Counted from the first letter of the stretch, positions 31,517 through 40,778 are shown. The stretch: DNA of 56,857 nt from Candidatus Wolfebacteria bacterium RIFOXYD12_FULL_48_21 (GCA_001793945.1 MGIW01000003.1:1-56857); one strand, 5' to 3'. A program made the numbers and translations. Notes: generated by a model from the sequence alone, not told the origin.

Positions 31517-31553
31517 AAAAAGGGCCCGCTACATACCGTAGCGGGCCCTTTGT
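31517..31553. terminator. bidirectional terminator (pth / dipeptidase)
   Basis: GGGCCCGCTAC-ATACC-GTAGCGGGCCC with A-runs and T-runs on both sides. Confidence 0.75.
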
Positions 31554-31564
31554 ATAAGCCCTCC

Positions 31565-32536
31565 TTAATCCACTGGAAGGCTCCGGCGGAAGAAGTTAAG
31601 GAGATTCTTCCCGAAGATATCCTCGACCGGCATCTCGCCAAGCATCGCAAACTTGTATAAATTACCTTGTGATATGAGCGCATGGCTCGGGCTTCTGGTG
31701 CTCAGTGTGCCATGCGGGTCAAGCAGCGCATTCATTTTCACGAACGCCGTCTGTTCTTCTTTCATCATGTATTTGCCGTATGGCGCAGCAGAACCAATGA
31801 CGACATTGTTCTTACCGCATACCTCAACGGCATGCTCGAGATGATCGAAGAATGGGCCTATGCCATTGTTTTCCTGATGCAGAATGAATGTGAGACCGGC
31901 AATGCCAACCACGCCTCTTCGCTTCGCAATGGCATGCAATACATCGTCGGGCAGATTGAAGATATGCGGATAGAGCGCATAGCAACCGCAATGCGACGCC
32001 ATGACCTCCATATCCAGATTCTTCCGGTCGATCCATTCAAGCGCTTCACGCGCCATACGATGACCTGCATGCGACAGATCAAGAATGAACCCAAGCTCGG
32101 CCATACACCGCAACACCCCCCTTCCCGCTTCCGTCAATCCGACATCGAGGTTCAAGCACCCCGATCCATACCGGTTTGCCTTATCGTAGGCAAGTGCCAA
32201 TACGCGCACACCCATGGCACGCAACTGCCGAAGCGCAGTGTGATTTATATCGTCCGGCATATTCTGCAATCCGAGAACCACCTTCATCCGGTCATCTTCA
32301 TCCAGATCGGTCACTTTTGACGCGATCACTACTTGGTCCCCTCCCGATCGCGCCAGCTCGACCTTGAATCGCTCGATTGCCCTCAACAGCAAGCCCGTGT
32401 GCTTCACGCACAACCCAACCGGCGGCGCGCATGTTACATGCGCGAGATTCGGCATCATGCCCATTTCGACTTTCGGCAACTCGCCGGGTAACCCAAGGAA
32501 CGCCATTGCATCCCCGATAAACAGTTTCTTATCCAT
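31565..32536 (-). CDS. membrane dipeptidase (peptidase M19 family)
   Basis: Start at MDKKLFIGD (AGGAGG then 6 nt). FILDLSHAGHRMAREAL and the overall TIM-barrel dipeptidase pattern. Confidence 0.6.
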   Translation of the reverse strand: MDKKLFIGDAMAFLGLPGELPKVEMGMMPNLAHVTCAPPVGLCVKHTGLLLRAIERFKVELARSGGDQVVIASKVTDLDEDDRMKVVLGLQNMPDDINHTALRQLRAMGVRVLALAYDKANRYGSGCLNLDVGLTEAGRGVLRCMAELGFILDLSHAGHRMAREALEWIDRKNLDMEVMASHCGCYALYPHIFNLPDDVLHAIAKRRGVVGIAGLTFILHQENNGIGPFFDHLEHAVEVCGKNNVVIGSAAPYGKYMMKEEQTAFVKMNALLDPHGTLSTRSPSHALISQGNLYKFAMLGEMPVEDIFGKNLLNFFRRSLPVD

Positions 32537-32649
32537 TTCCTGCCTCCTGTGGTTTTGTTCTTTATTCAAAAATAAACAGTTCTGAATATGTTATATACTG
32601 CTTATGGTTGGGTTGTCAATTTTTACAAAACCACCCGAGCGAGTGGGTT

Positions 32650-33552
32650 TTACTTTTCTATCTTCGATTCAATATATGTGCGCATTTCATCGTAATTACC
32701 CTGCCCGAGGCGTGGCAGAAGTACATAGGCAATGTCCGCGCCGTATGGCACCTGCGAACTTTGCAATATGCCTGTTTTAAAGTCTATGACAATATTGTTG
32801 AGTCGCACTCCCCCGAATTTACGCATGGTCGGCAACAGTTCCTTGAAGTCTATGTTCGTATCCAGTTTGCCAAGTTCCGGCGTCATTTTGAACAAAAACG
32901 CCGTCTTTTCCATGGCGCTCAACCCTTTGAACTTTTTCAAAATTGCGCGCATCATTTCCTGCTGGTTCTTTTCCCGAAAGAAATCGCCCTCTGGTGAATA
33001 TCTGTTCCTCGACAGCCAAATAGCCTGATCACCGTTGATATGATTATCCCCGGCCGGGATCGTATACCCACTTACGGCATCCACCGCTTTTTCGGGCAAG
33101 GTCAGGTCGATACCGCCGAGCTCATCGACCACCGTTTTCAAGGTGTCGATGTTTACCACCACATATTTATCGGTTTTGATGCCCGTCATTTGCGGCAGCA
33201 CTTCCATGAGTTCGGGCAGTTTCCCACGCCGCAAGACTTCGTTCAGTTTGAACGACTCGCTTCCGAGCGTAACAAACAGGTCGCGCGGGAGCGACACCAA
33301 ATTAACCACCCCTATCTGCGGGCGGTAATCCACCACGATCATACTATCGGCGAGGTCAGGCGCGTTGCTCCAGCCTATGGCGCGGCCCGTTTGCCCGAGC
33401 AATAAAAAACTGATCCGCTCTTCGCTTATCGGGTTATCATCGCTATTGGCAAATACTGATATTTCCCTTTGATAGCTCATCAAAAACCCAAAGCCGACCA
33501 AAACGGCTATTACAATAAAAACTTTTGCGATTGTCTTTATCTTTGAGGGCAT
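32650..33552 (-). CDS. LytR/CpsA/Psr (LCP) family protein
   Basis: 300 aa. N-terminal TM helix, FLLLGQTG, DSMIVVDY, VSLPRDL, KLNEV. Confidence 0.8.
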   Translation of the reverse strand: MPSKIKTIAKVFIVIAVLVGFGFLMSYQREISVFANSDDNPISEERISFLLLGQTGRAIGWSNAPDLADSMIVVDYRPQIGVVNLVSLPRDLFVTLGSESFKLNEVLRRGKLPELMEVLPQMTGIKTDKYVVVNIDTLKTVVDELGGIDLTLPEKAVDAVSGYTIPAGDNHINGDQAIWLSRNRYSPEGDFFREKNQQEMMRAILKKFKGLSAMEKTAFLFKMTPELGKLDTNIDFKELLPTMRKFGGVRLNNIVIDFKTGILQSSQVPYGADIAYVLLPRLGQGNYDEMRTYIESKIEK

Positions 33553-33565
33553 GGTTGATATTTTT

Positions 33566-33691
33566 TGTCATTCCGAGTGAAGAAGTACTCTGTCGTAGCC
33601 GAGGAATCCGTTTTTATGAGCTGCAGATCCCTCGACTTCTCCGCCAGCCCTGCCTGCCGGCAGGCAGGTGGCGGATGCGCTCGGGATGACA
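33566..33691. repeat. GGAATGACA-type long element with CCTGCCTGCCGGCAGGCAGG palindrome
   Basis: TGTCATTCCGAGTGAAG...CCGAGGAATCC...CAGATCCCTCGAC...CCTGCCTGCCGGCAGGCAGG...CTCGGGATGACA. Confidence 0.75.
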
Positions 33692-33870
33692 ATGCTTATA
33701 GATTCATGTTTTCCTATTTGTTAGCAGATAAGCTCGTTGATATTACCTCTTTTTTTATTCATTCCTATTGACTGCTTCCTTTACTGTATTGTATCAGATT
33801 TTACCTTTCTTCTTATAACGATCTAAAATGCCCCGCGTTTCCGCAAGGCATTTTACCATAATTCATTGCA

Positions 33871-35556
33871 TTACATCTGCTCCACCGTTTTGATGCCCAA
33901 TAAGCGCAATCCTGTTTTGAGGGTTTGCGCTGCGGCGCCTATGAGCGCAAGCCGTGCATTGCGCTCGGCGTCTTCGGCCTTGAGCACCTGCACCGTGGCA
34001 TACATCGTATTTACATCCTTTGCGAGCGCATACAAGTAATCCGTAAGATGATGCGGAAAATAATTTTTGGTTATACCTTCGATGACATCGGGGAACTGTT
34101 GCAACCGCAATATCACCTGCAGTTCTGTTTCATCCTTCAAATTATCGACATCGCAAGTCGATATATTTTCACCTTTGCGCAAGATGCTCTTCAAGCGCGC
34201 ATATGCGTATTGCAGGTACGGGCCCGAGTTGCCTTCGAAGTTCAACATGCGATCCCAATTGAATGCGATGTCGGACTGCCTGTTCTGCGATAGATCGTTA
34301 TATTTGACCGCGCCGATGCCCACAACCTTTGCAATTTCCACACGCTCCGCTTCCGACATGTCCGGCTGTTTTTCATCGACGACCTTCTTTGCGCGAATGA
34401 TCGCTTCTTGCAACAGATCAAACAACGAAACCGTTTTGCCGGCGCGTGTCGAAAACTTTTTCATATCTTCGCCGAGCATCATGCCGAATTTTATGTGGAC
34501 CATTTGTTGGTCGTCTATAATGCCGAGCTTCTTTACCGCCTTAAATAGTTGATTAAAGTGAAACGATTGCTCGTTGCCCACAACATACAACATAAGGTCG
34601 GCATTAAAATCCTTAACACGGTGCTTAACGGCGGCGATGTCGGTGGTCGGATACAAATACGCTCCGTCGGACTTGCGGATGATCATGGGCGTTTCTGACC
34701 CTTCAATCGGAATGACAATGGCGCCTTCGCTTTCCACGGCGACCTTCTTTTCCAACGCTTCGCTTACGACGGCCGCAAGTTGGTCGTTATAAAAACTTTC
34801 ACCCAAATAATGGTCAAATGAAACATCCAACAGTTTGTACATGCGATCAAACTCGGCAAGACTTACCTTATAAAACTTTTTCCAAATGGCGGTGTTTTCT
34901 TCGTCGCCATCCTGCAACTTCTTCACCTCCCGCTTTGCGACTTCGCCCAACTCGGTATTTTCCTTCATCCGGGACGAGTAATCCACATACAATTTCATCA
35001 GGTAGTCTATCGAAACTTCTTCGGGTTTGTTGTCTTCCTTATATGCCGCGATCAATACGCCGAATTGCTTTCCCCAGTCCCCTACATGGTTGTCGCCGAT
35101 GGCGTTCCACCCGCTGAATTTGAATATATTGTAGAGCGTCTGCCCAATAATGGTCGAGCGCAAATGCCCTACGCCCATCGGCTTGGCGATGTTCGGCGCG
35201 GAGTAGTCCACCACAACGGTCTTTTGCTCCTCGACTGGCGGTTTCCCCCAGTTTTCTTTTGCCGTTACGATCTCGGCAAAACCTTTTTGGATCGCTTCGT
35301 GGGTCAGCCACATATTCACAAATCCCGGCTTCGCCGTTTCTACCTTTGCAAAAAATCCTTTTGGTGCTGCAGTTTGCAGTCCTCCTACTATTTCATCTGC
35401 CACTTCCATTGGGCTCTTGCCGCGTATTTTCGCCAGCCGCAATGCAACATTGGTCGAAAAATGACCGAATTGTTCGTGTTCGGGGATAGTTAGTTCTATA
35501 TTATCTGCACCTGGAACCGCTTTCTGCAGATATTGTTCTACTTCTTTGCGTAGCAT
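33871..35556 (-). CDS. argS: arginine--tRNA ligase
   Basis: 561 aa. SAPNIAKPMGVGHLRSTIIG (HIGH-like), class I fold, C-terminal DALR-type anticodon-binding region. Confidence 0.9.
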   Translation of the reverse strand: MLRKEVEQYLQKAVPGADNIELTIPEHEQFGHFSTNVALRLAKIRGKSPMEVADEIVGGLQTAAPKGFFAKVETAKPGFVNMWLTHEAIQKGFAEIVTAKENWGKPPVEEQKTVVVDYSAPNIAKPMGVGHLRSTIIGQTLYNIFKFSGWNAIGDNHVGDWGKQFGVLIAAYKEDNKPEEVSIDYLMKLYVDYSSRMKENTELGEVAKREVKKLQDGDEENTAIWKKFYKVSLAEFDRMYKLLDVSFDHYLGESFYNDQLAAVVSEALEKKVAVESEGAIVIPIEGSETPMIIRKSDGAYLYPTTDIAAVKHRVKDFNADLMLYVVGNEQSFHFNQLFKAVKKLGIIDDQQMVHIKFGMMLGEDMKKFSTRAGKTVSLFDLLQEAIIRAKKVVDEKQPDMSEAERVEIAKVVGIGAVKYNDLSQNRQSDIAFNWDRMLNFEGNSGPYLQYAYARLKSILRKGENISTCDVDNLKDETELQVILRLQQFPDVIEGITKNYFPHHLTDYLYALAKDVNTMYATVQVLKAEDAERNARLALIGAAAQTLKTGLRLLGIKTVEQM

Positions 35557-35633
35557 TTGTTGGTAGTGTAGCGCAAATAGAGCATGAATTAAAGACCCTT
35601 GCGTATGTTCACAGTCAACAGTTCACGGGTAAA

Positions 35634-35900
35634 TTGATTCCCGTCCCCGATCGAGTCGAGGACAGGCCCTCACCCGAGGGAATGACAATGCGAGGGAAAA
35701 GAGTGCCATCCCGTGCCACGACACGGAATCCAGAGTTTTCTGCAGTAATGACTATTATGCCTTTAGGCTCTGGATTCCGGATCAAGTCCGGAATGACAAT
35801 GCAATAAAAATGCCGATATTAAAAAGGCGTTATCCTGATTCGTCACCTGCCTGCCGGCAGGCAGGGCCGACAGATCAGTGCAAGGCAAGTCCGGGATGAC
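35634..35900. repeat. repeat mosaic
   Basis: GATTCCCGTCCCCGATCGAGTCGAGGACAGG...GGGAATGACA. CCATCCCGTGCCACGACACGGAATCCAGAGTTTTCTGCAGTAATGAC...CTCTGGATTCCGGATCAAGTCCGGAATGACA. CCTGCCTGCCGGCAGGCAGG. Confidence 0.75.
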
Positions 35901-35955
35901 AGGAGTTGGGTTGAGTAATGACAAAACTCCTCTTTATTCCTATACTTACCCATAT

Positions 35956-36393
35956 ATGGAGGCCATTTCAAATAAAAGAGCACATTTTGATTACGAGATC
36001 CTCGAAACCTACGAGGCGGGCTTGGAATTGCTTGGAACGGAGGTGCAGGCCATCAAACATGGCAGAATGAACCTTTCGAGCACCTATGTCCTGCTCCGCA
36101 ACGGCATTCCGCTGCTCTTTAATGCCGATGTACCACCCTATCAGCCCAAAAATGCCCCCAAGGATTACGACCCCACGCGCACCCGCCGGCTCCTTTTGAC
36201 AGCCAAGGAAATCAAGTATTTAACAGGGAAAATAGAAGAAAAAGGGTTGACATTAGTGCCTCTTAAAGTATATACTAAGCATCAGCGAATTAAGGTTCTT
36301 ATCGGTCTCGCAAAGAGCCGCAAGGAACACGACAAGCGCGAAGCCATTAAAAAACGTGAGGATTGGAAGCAGATCCGCAAGGATGTCTTCTAA
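35956..36393 (+). CDS. smpB: SsrA-binding protein SmpB
   Basis: Start at MEAISNKRAHFDYEI. GTEVQAIKHGRMNL and the C-terminal basic tail. Confidence 0.9.
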   Translation: MEAISNKRAHFDYEILETYEAGLELLGTEVQAIKHGRMNLSSTYVLLRNGIPLLFNADVPPYQPKNAPKDYDPTRTRRLLLTAKEIKYLTGKIEEKGLTLVPLKVYTKHQRIKVLIGLAKSRKEHDKREAIKKREDWKQIRKDVF

Positions 36394-36417
36394 ACTACTA
36401 CAAAATGCGACACTCAT

Positions 36418-36485
36418 TGTCATCCTGAGCCTGTCGAAGGATCTGTATTAAAAAAATCAGATTCCTCGGCAAGCTCGGAATGACA
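36418..36485. repeat. GGAATGACA-type element
   Basis: TGTCATCCTGAGCCTGTCGAAGGATCTG...CAGATTCCTCGGCAAGCTCGGAATGACA. Confidence 0.75.
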
Positions 36486-36508
36486 ATCCTGACCAATTTT
36501 GTAATTAT

Positions 36509-36847
36509 GGGGATGGCAGGCTTAGACATCAGAAGTTCATTGATAAACTGCAGACCGGGCGCTATCCCGCAACATGGCAAAAAACAAGAACTGCCAACAA
36601 AACAGCAGTCCCTGCATTCGCTTTCGCGTAATGCGGTGTCGCCTCACCTGAAGCTTGTACGGTGAACGCGGCATAAACCCTCAAGCTGGTTCAGAATCCG
36701 TGCCGTAGGCTTCTGAACGAGAACCAAATCGGCAAACTCACGGGTGATTCGTCGGATTTTCTGCCTGTGTTTTACACCAACCCGACTATGTCTGTAGATG
36801 TTTTTCAATACCTCTTTTGGACGGGAGTTCAATTCTCCTCATCTCCA
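36509..36847 (+). ncRNA. ssrA: tmRNA
   Basis: 5' GGGGATG pairs with 3' CATCTCC, followed by discriminator A. T-arm GGACGGGAGTTCAATTCTCC. Internal tag frame GCC AAC AAA ACA GCA GTC CCT GCA TTC GCT TTC GCG TAA = ANKTAVPAFAFA. Adjacent to smpB. CCA is not encoded. Confidence 0.9.
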
Positions 36848-36879
36848 CAACCACATTCACACGCTAACCAAAAACTGAT

Positions 36880-37386
36880 TTGGAACAACCACTTCGTCTT
36901 AACCATCAAATTAAATCCCCTGAATTGCGCGTCGTTGACGAACAAGGAGAATTCCTCGGTATATTCTCCCTTTCCGAAGCGTTGCGCATCGCAGGCGAGC
37001 GCGAACTCGATCTGATCGAGATCGCCCCGAATGCGAAACCACCCGTCGGAAAGATCATCGATTACGATAAGTTTCGGTACCAGCGGGAAAAGGAGATGAA
37101 GAAACAGCGCGCTCTGCAAAAGACGAGCGATCTGAAACAAGTCAGGTTTGGCGCCCGCGCGGCGAAAAACGATATGGAGATCAAGATCAAACAGATCGAC
37201 AAATTCGTAGCCGACGGACACAAAGTGGAAATCATGCTCGTCCTCAAAGGGCGGGAGAAATACAACAGGGAATGGGCGCAGCAACGATTGCGCGAGTTCC
37301 TTGGCATGATCCCTTTTGAATACAAGACCATCGTCGAGCCTAAGTTCGGCGGCAGAGGGCTCTTGACCCAAATAACCAAGAAATAA
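36880..37386 (+). CDS. infC: translation initiation factor IF-3
   Basis: IKSPELRVVDEQGEFLGI, ELDLIEIAPNAKPPVGKIIDYDKFRYQ. The start is non-ATG (TTG at 36880, or in-frame ATT at ~36910), as is usual for infC. Confidence 0.9.
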   Translation: MEQPLRLNHQIKSPELRVVDEQGEFLGIFSLSEALRIAGERELDLIEIAPNAKPPVGKIIDYDKFRYQREKEMKKQRALQKTSDLKQVRFGARAAKNDMEIKIKQIDKFVADGHKVEIMLVLKGREKYNREWAQQRLREFLGMIPFEYKTIVEPKFGGRGLLTQITKK

Positions 37387-37394
37387 TCACTACC

Positions 37395-37565
37395 ATGAAA
37401 AAAACCATCTCAAAGCGCTTGCGCATTACCCCAACCGGAAAGGTCCTGCATCGGGCAATGGGCCTCGGACACAACCGCTCCCGCAAGAGCTCAACCCAGC
37501 TTCGCCGAAAAGCAAACATGCGCATCCTCGGCGGCGCCGCGGCATTGATCAAGCAAAATATGTAA
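37395..37565 (+). CDS. rpmI: 50S ribosomal protein L35, not in the ORF track
   Basis: 56 aa. MKKTISKRLRITPTGKVLHRAMGLGHNRSRKSSTQLRRKANMRILGGAAALIKQNM. Lies in the canonical infC-rpmI-rplT position. Confidence 0.85.
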   Translation: MKKTISKRLRITPTGKVLHRAMGLGHNRSRKSSTQLRRKANMRILGGAAALIKQNM

Positions 37566-37672
37566 AGGCACGGATACCGCAATAAGCAAAAGGAAATAAG
37601 GGAATGACTACGGATTCTCCGTAAAACAAATCTTCCTTATTCCTTACTTCTTATTCCTTATTCCTTATTATT
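37566..37672. repeat. word-hairpin spacer (GGAAATAAGG / CCTTATT words)
   Basis: 5' arm is AAGGAAATAAGGGAATGA. 3' arm is CTTCCTTATTCCTTACTTCTTATTCCTTATTCCTTATT. Confidence 0.5.
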
Positions 37673-38017
37673 ATGACACGAGTAAAACGAGGCGTCTCAG
37701 CCCACAAAAAACGAGAAAAGCTGCTGACCTATGTGAAGGGATTCAAATGGGGACGCAAAACAAAGGAGCGCGCAGCCAAGGAAGCTTTGCTCCATGCATG
37801 GAGCCACGCCTTCCAAGGGCGCAAGCAGAAGAAGCGCGATTACCGAGCCCTTTGGGTTGTGCAGATAAACGCAGCACTCCGCAACTTGGGAACGACCTAC
37901 AGCAAGTTCATCGACGGCACAAAGAAAGCAAACATCCAGATCGACCGCAAGGTTCTTTCGGATATTGCCAGGACCGCGCCGAACACCTTTGCACAGATCG
38001 TAAGCAAGGTAAAATAA
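37673..38017 (+). CDS. rplT: 50S ribosomal protein L20
   Basis: MTRVKRGVSAHKKREKLL...RDYRALWVVQINAA. Confidence 0.95.
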   Translation: MTRVKRGVSAHKKREKLLTYVKGFKWGRKTKERAAKEALLHAWSHAFQGRKQKKRDYRALWVVQINAALRNLGTTYSKFIDGTKKANIQIDRKVLSDIARTAPNTFAQIVSKVK

Positions 38018-38030
38018 ATACGAACTAAAA

Positions 38031-38054
38031 ACGACCCTCAAGTGGGTCGTTTTT
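38031..38054 (+). terminator. rho-independent terminator after rplT
   Basis: ACGACCC-TCAAGT-GGGTCGT followed by TTTTATG. Confidence 0.75.
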
Positions 38055-38060
38055 ATGTAT

Positions 38061-38390
38061 GAGTAAGACAATGCGGGAGGGGGAAAGGGTATAAAGTATA
38101 TGGTATAAGGTATGAGGTATGAGATGGGAGGTTAGAGGTGAGAGGTATGAGGTTGGAGGCGTGAGATGGGAGGGGGATGACAATGCAGGAGGAATGTCAT
38201 CCCGAGTGCAATGCAGCGAAGCGAAATGAAATCGAGGGATCTGTAGTAAAAACACTACAGATTCCTCGACTACAGTTTACCCTGATCCGCCACCTGCCTG
38301 CCGGCAGGCAGGGCCGGCGGACGAATGGGCCGGTATGACAATACGGGAAAGGCAAGCCTCTGGATTCCGAATCAATGCCGAAATGACAAT
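38061..38390. repeat. repeat mosaic (GGTAT/GAGGT words plus palindromic units)
   Basis: GGGTATAAAGTATATGGTATAAGGTATGAGGTATGAGATGGGAGGTTAGAGG. TGTCATCCCGAGTGCAATGCAGCGAAGCGAAATGAAATCGAGGGATCTG. CCTGCCTGCCGGCAGGCAGG. Confidence 0.75.
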
Positions 38391-38417
38391 ACAAAAAATG
38401 ACAAAAAGACGGGCGCG

Positions 38418-39101
38418 TCAGTTTCCGGGGCGTTGCGGTGCCGGACGATTTCCTTGCGGCCTTCCCCGATCGAACGGCGGACGCTTTTCCTGCCCGGGTT
38501 GTGCGGGGCGTTGCTGAGGACGGCCATAGAACCGCCTCTGGCGTGGCATAGCGCTTCGCGATGGCGGTTGCACACCGGAACGCACTTGACTCCCCTGCGG
38601 GGCTACAGGCCCCGCTTCTTGCCTTCTCTGCGGCCTCCGCACTATCTTTTGCTTTCGCACATCCAGATTCCTGAGAAAATTATGCGCCTGCTTAAGCACT
38701 CCCTGACTATCTTCCTTGACCAATACCTTTAGCGCTTCCTTGTAGGTGAACCAGCCGTAGCCCTCGTGCTTTTCACCCTCCGCATCGGTCTGTTCGGGTA
38801 ATTTAATGCGCTGCTGCGTCGTTTCGGCAAGATAAAAAACGATCGTTTTATAGATCTTTTCTTTGTTCCTCCAAAATGTGAAATTCTCCGATGTCTTGAA
38901 ACTTTCGTCGAACCGGAGGTCATTTCGCGTAAGGCCCGTCTCTTCCCTTACTTCGCGAACCGCTGTTTGGAAACTCTTTTCTTCGCTTTCAATTTTCCCT
39001 TTCGGGAAATTCCAATAGTTGTGTCCGTGATATAAAATTAGAAAACGAGGGCCCTCCGCAGTTTTTCGGTATGCTATGATACCAGCGGAAATTTCTCGCA
39101 T
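38418..39101 (-). CDS. Nudix hydrolase with R/P/Q-rich C-terminal extension
   Basis: Nudix box FPKGKIESEEKSFQTAVREVREETGL. The last ~75 aa (RRPQRRQEAGP...RPAPQRPGN) are low complexity and GC-rich. Confidence 0.75.
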   Translation of the reverse strand: MREISAGIIAYRKTAEGPRFLILYHGHNYWNFPKGKIESEEKSFQTAVREVREETGLTRNDLRFDESFKTSENFTFWRNKEKIYKTIVFYLAETTQQRIKLPEQTDAEGEKHEGYGWFTYKEALKVLVKEDSQGVLKQAHNFLRNLDVRKQKIVRRPQRRQEAGPVAPQGSQVRSGVQPPSRSAMPRQRRFYGRPQQRPAQPGQEKRPPFDRGRPQGNRPAPQRPGN

Positions 39102-39147
39102 ATTGCATATACTATAGCACAGTCGTTCCTTTTTTACAAACCACGGG

Positions 39148-39462
39148 GTGTGGGGGTATAAAATATAGGGTATAGAGTATAGAGTATAGGGTATAGGGTA
39201 TGAGGTATGAGGTTGGAGGTTGGAGGTGAGAGGTAGGGGGGGGAAATTTCTAATTACTAATTTTTAATTTCTAATGAAGAATACTGGATTCCGGCTTCCT
39301 CCAGTTGGCGGACAGGCTTAGGCCGGAATGACAATGCGGAAGGAATGTCATCCCGAGTGCAATGCAGCGAAGCGAAATGAAATCGAGGGATCTGTAGTAA
39401 AAACACTGCAGGTTCCTCGGCTACAGTTTACCCTGAGCGAAGTCGAATGGGCTCGGAATGCC
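39148..39462. repeat. repeat mosaic
   Basis: GGTATAGAGTATAGAGTATAGGGTATAGGGTATGAGGTATGAGGTTGGAGGTTGGAGG words. AATTTCTAATTACTAATTTTTAATTTCT block. A long palindromic element near-identical to 38196-38290. Confidence 0.75.
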
Positions 39463-39474
39463 AAAGGGAGGCGT

Positions 39475-39501
39475 AAAAAAACCCACAGCGTGTGCTGCGG
39501 G
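39475..39501 (-). terminator. rho-independent terminator of the GC-rich two-gene unit
   Basis: CCCGCAGC-ACAC-GCTGTGGG then TTTTTTT on the minus strand. Confidence 0.7.
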
Positions 39502-39526
39502 TAGGTGCCTCCTTGGCGGTTCGCTC

Positions 39527-39778
39527 TTACGCGTAAAACGCGATGATCGAAACGACCATAGCCGTGTAAAATATGGCTACTCCCGGTCGATACATCTTTG
39601 AGCTCTCGGCGGCGACAAAGGCGGCGAAGGCGCAGGCGATGGCGGCGGCGAAGGAGAGGCCAAAGGAGAGGCAGGTGGCGGCGCCAACAACGGTGACGAA
39701 GGCGGTGGCGAAGGCGCAGGCGGCGCTTTTACATCTTCCACGCGACCTCAACCAATTCGACAATGCCATCAAGAGCAT
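39527..39778 (-). CDS. 83-aa hydrophobic (membrane) protein
   Basis: Ala/Phe/Val-rich with 2-3 predicted TM stretches. A minus-strand terminator follows. The overlapping plus-strand ORF 39573-39812 has no such support. Confidence 0.4.
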   Translation of the reverse strand: MLLMALSNWLRSRGRCKSAACAFATAFVTVVGAATCLSFGLSFAAAIACAFAAFVAAESSKMYRPGVAIFYTAMVVSIIAFYA

Positions 39779-39806
39779 CGCCGCGGCCCAGAAGAAAATA
39801 TACGGG

Positions 39807-40172
39807 TTATAGGTCAGTTCCGAGCTTATAACCTTTCCTTTTCTGGGGACAATGTCTATGACATTGTCCCCCCGTCAGTACGACACCAAGCTCAAGGACC
39901 GCGTCCTTTTGCTGGTGCACCATGTCGATCATGGCGCCGGGCGTAACGCTTGTCTTTACCGGCACTATGGTGCCGGGATTCTTGAATGCCTGCTTCCACT
40001 GCGCCGGGTACTTCTGCGCCTCCGGCGTTACGACGACATCAGTTTGCTGCCACTGCTCGGCAGGTTGCGCTACGCGCAACGAACCATTAAACACCTCCAC
40101 TCTGTCTGCCGCGCCAACATTGGCGGCGGCGAACAGGACTGCCAACAACATCCACATAGCGACCTTCTTCAT
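39807..40172 (-). CDS. secreted hypothetical protein
   Basis: GGAGG then 8 nt then ATG. Signal peptide MKKVAMWMLLAVLFAAANVGAAD. Local GC is clearly above the surroundings. Confidence 0.5.
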   Translation of the reverse strand: MKKVAMWMLLAVLFAAANVGAADRVEVFNGSLRVAQPAEQWQQTDVVVTPEAQKYPAQWKQAFKNPGTIVPVKTSVTPGAMIDMVHQQKDAVLELGVVLTGGQCHRHCPQKRKGYKLGTDL

Positions 40173-40275
40173 GGTCTTAGCCTCCAAAAAATTTTAAAAT
40201 CTGCGTGGGGACAAACTGCCCCCCAATCTGATTGCTTTTGTTATATAAGCATATTTTTATAGATATGTCAAGCGC

Positions 40276-40718
40276 ATGGGGGGAAATAGGGGGGGTATGA
40301 GGTTAGAGGTGGGAGATGAGAGGGGGTGTCACCCCGGCCCGTTCGACAGGCTCAGGGTAAAACTCCGGCCGGGGTCCAGGTTTTTATGCACTGCTTGGAT
40401 GTTCAGACTCTGGATACCGGCTTCCGCCGGTATGACAAAAGGCGCGGGGAGGACAATGCGGGCAGGTTGTCATCCCGACCTGCTCCGCCACCTGCCTGCC
40501 GGCAGGCAGGCAGGGCCGGCGGAGCAGCGGAGGGATCTGAAGCCCGCAGACAGAAAACAGATTCCTCGACTCCGCGGAGTACCGCTCCACTCGGAATGAC
40601 AACGCGGACAACTATAGAATCCTGCTTTCTTGTCTACCGGCAGGCAGGCGCAAGAATGCCAAAACAAAATACTGGATTCCCGTTTTCACGGGAATGACAG
40701 AGGGGGTAGAATGGCAAA
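40276..40718. repeat. large repeat mosaic
   Basis: GGTATGAGGTTAGAGGTGGGAGATGAGAGG words. Several TGTCA(T/C)CCC...GGAATGACA units. CCTGCCTGCCGGCAGGCAGG occurs twice. Confidence 0.75.
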
Positions 40719-40731
40719 GAGAAGCGCAAAC

Positions 40732-40760
40732 AAAAACACCCGCCTTGGGCGGGTGTTTTT
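40732..40760 (-). terminator. terminator directly after rpsJ
   Basis: AACACCCGCC-CAAG-GGCGGGTGTT then TTTGTTT on the minus strand. The same stem sequence is used at 49912-49940. Confidence 0.7.
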
Positions 40761-40778
40761 GAGCGATTATCATTCCAT

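Noticed and set aside
39573-39812. Plus-strand 79-aa Ala/Lys-rich ORF in the GC-rich islet.
   Set aside because: It overlaps the minus-strand hydrophobic ORF, which is in an operon with the signal-peptide protein and is followed by a minus-strand terminator. GC-rich DNA keeps several frames open. Low confidence either way.
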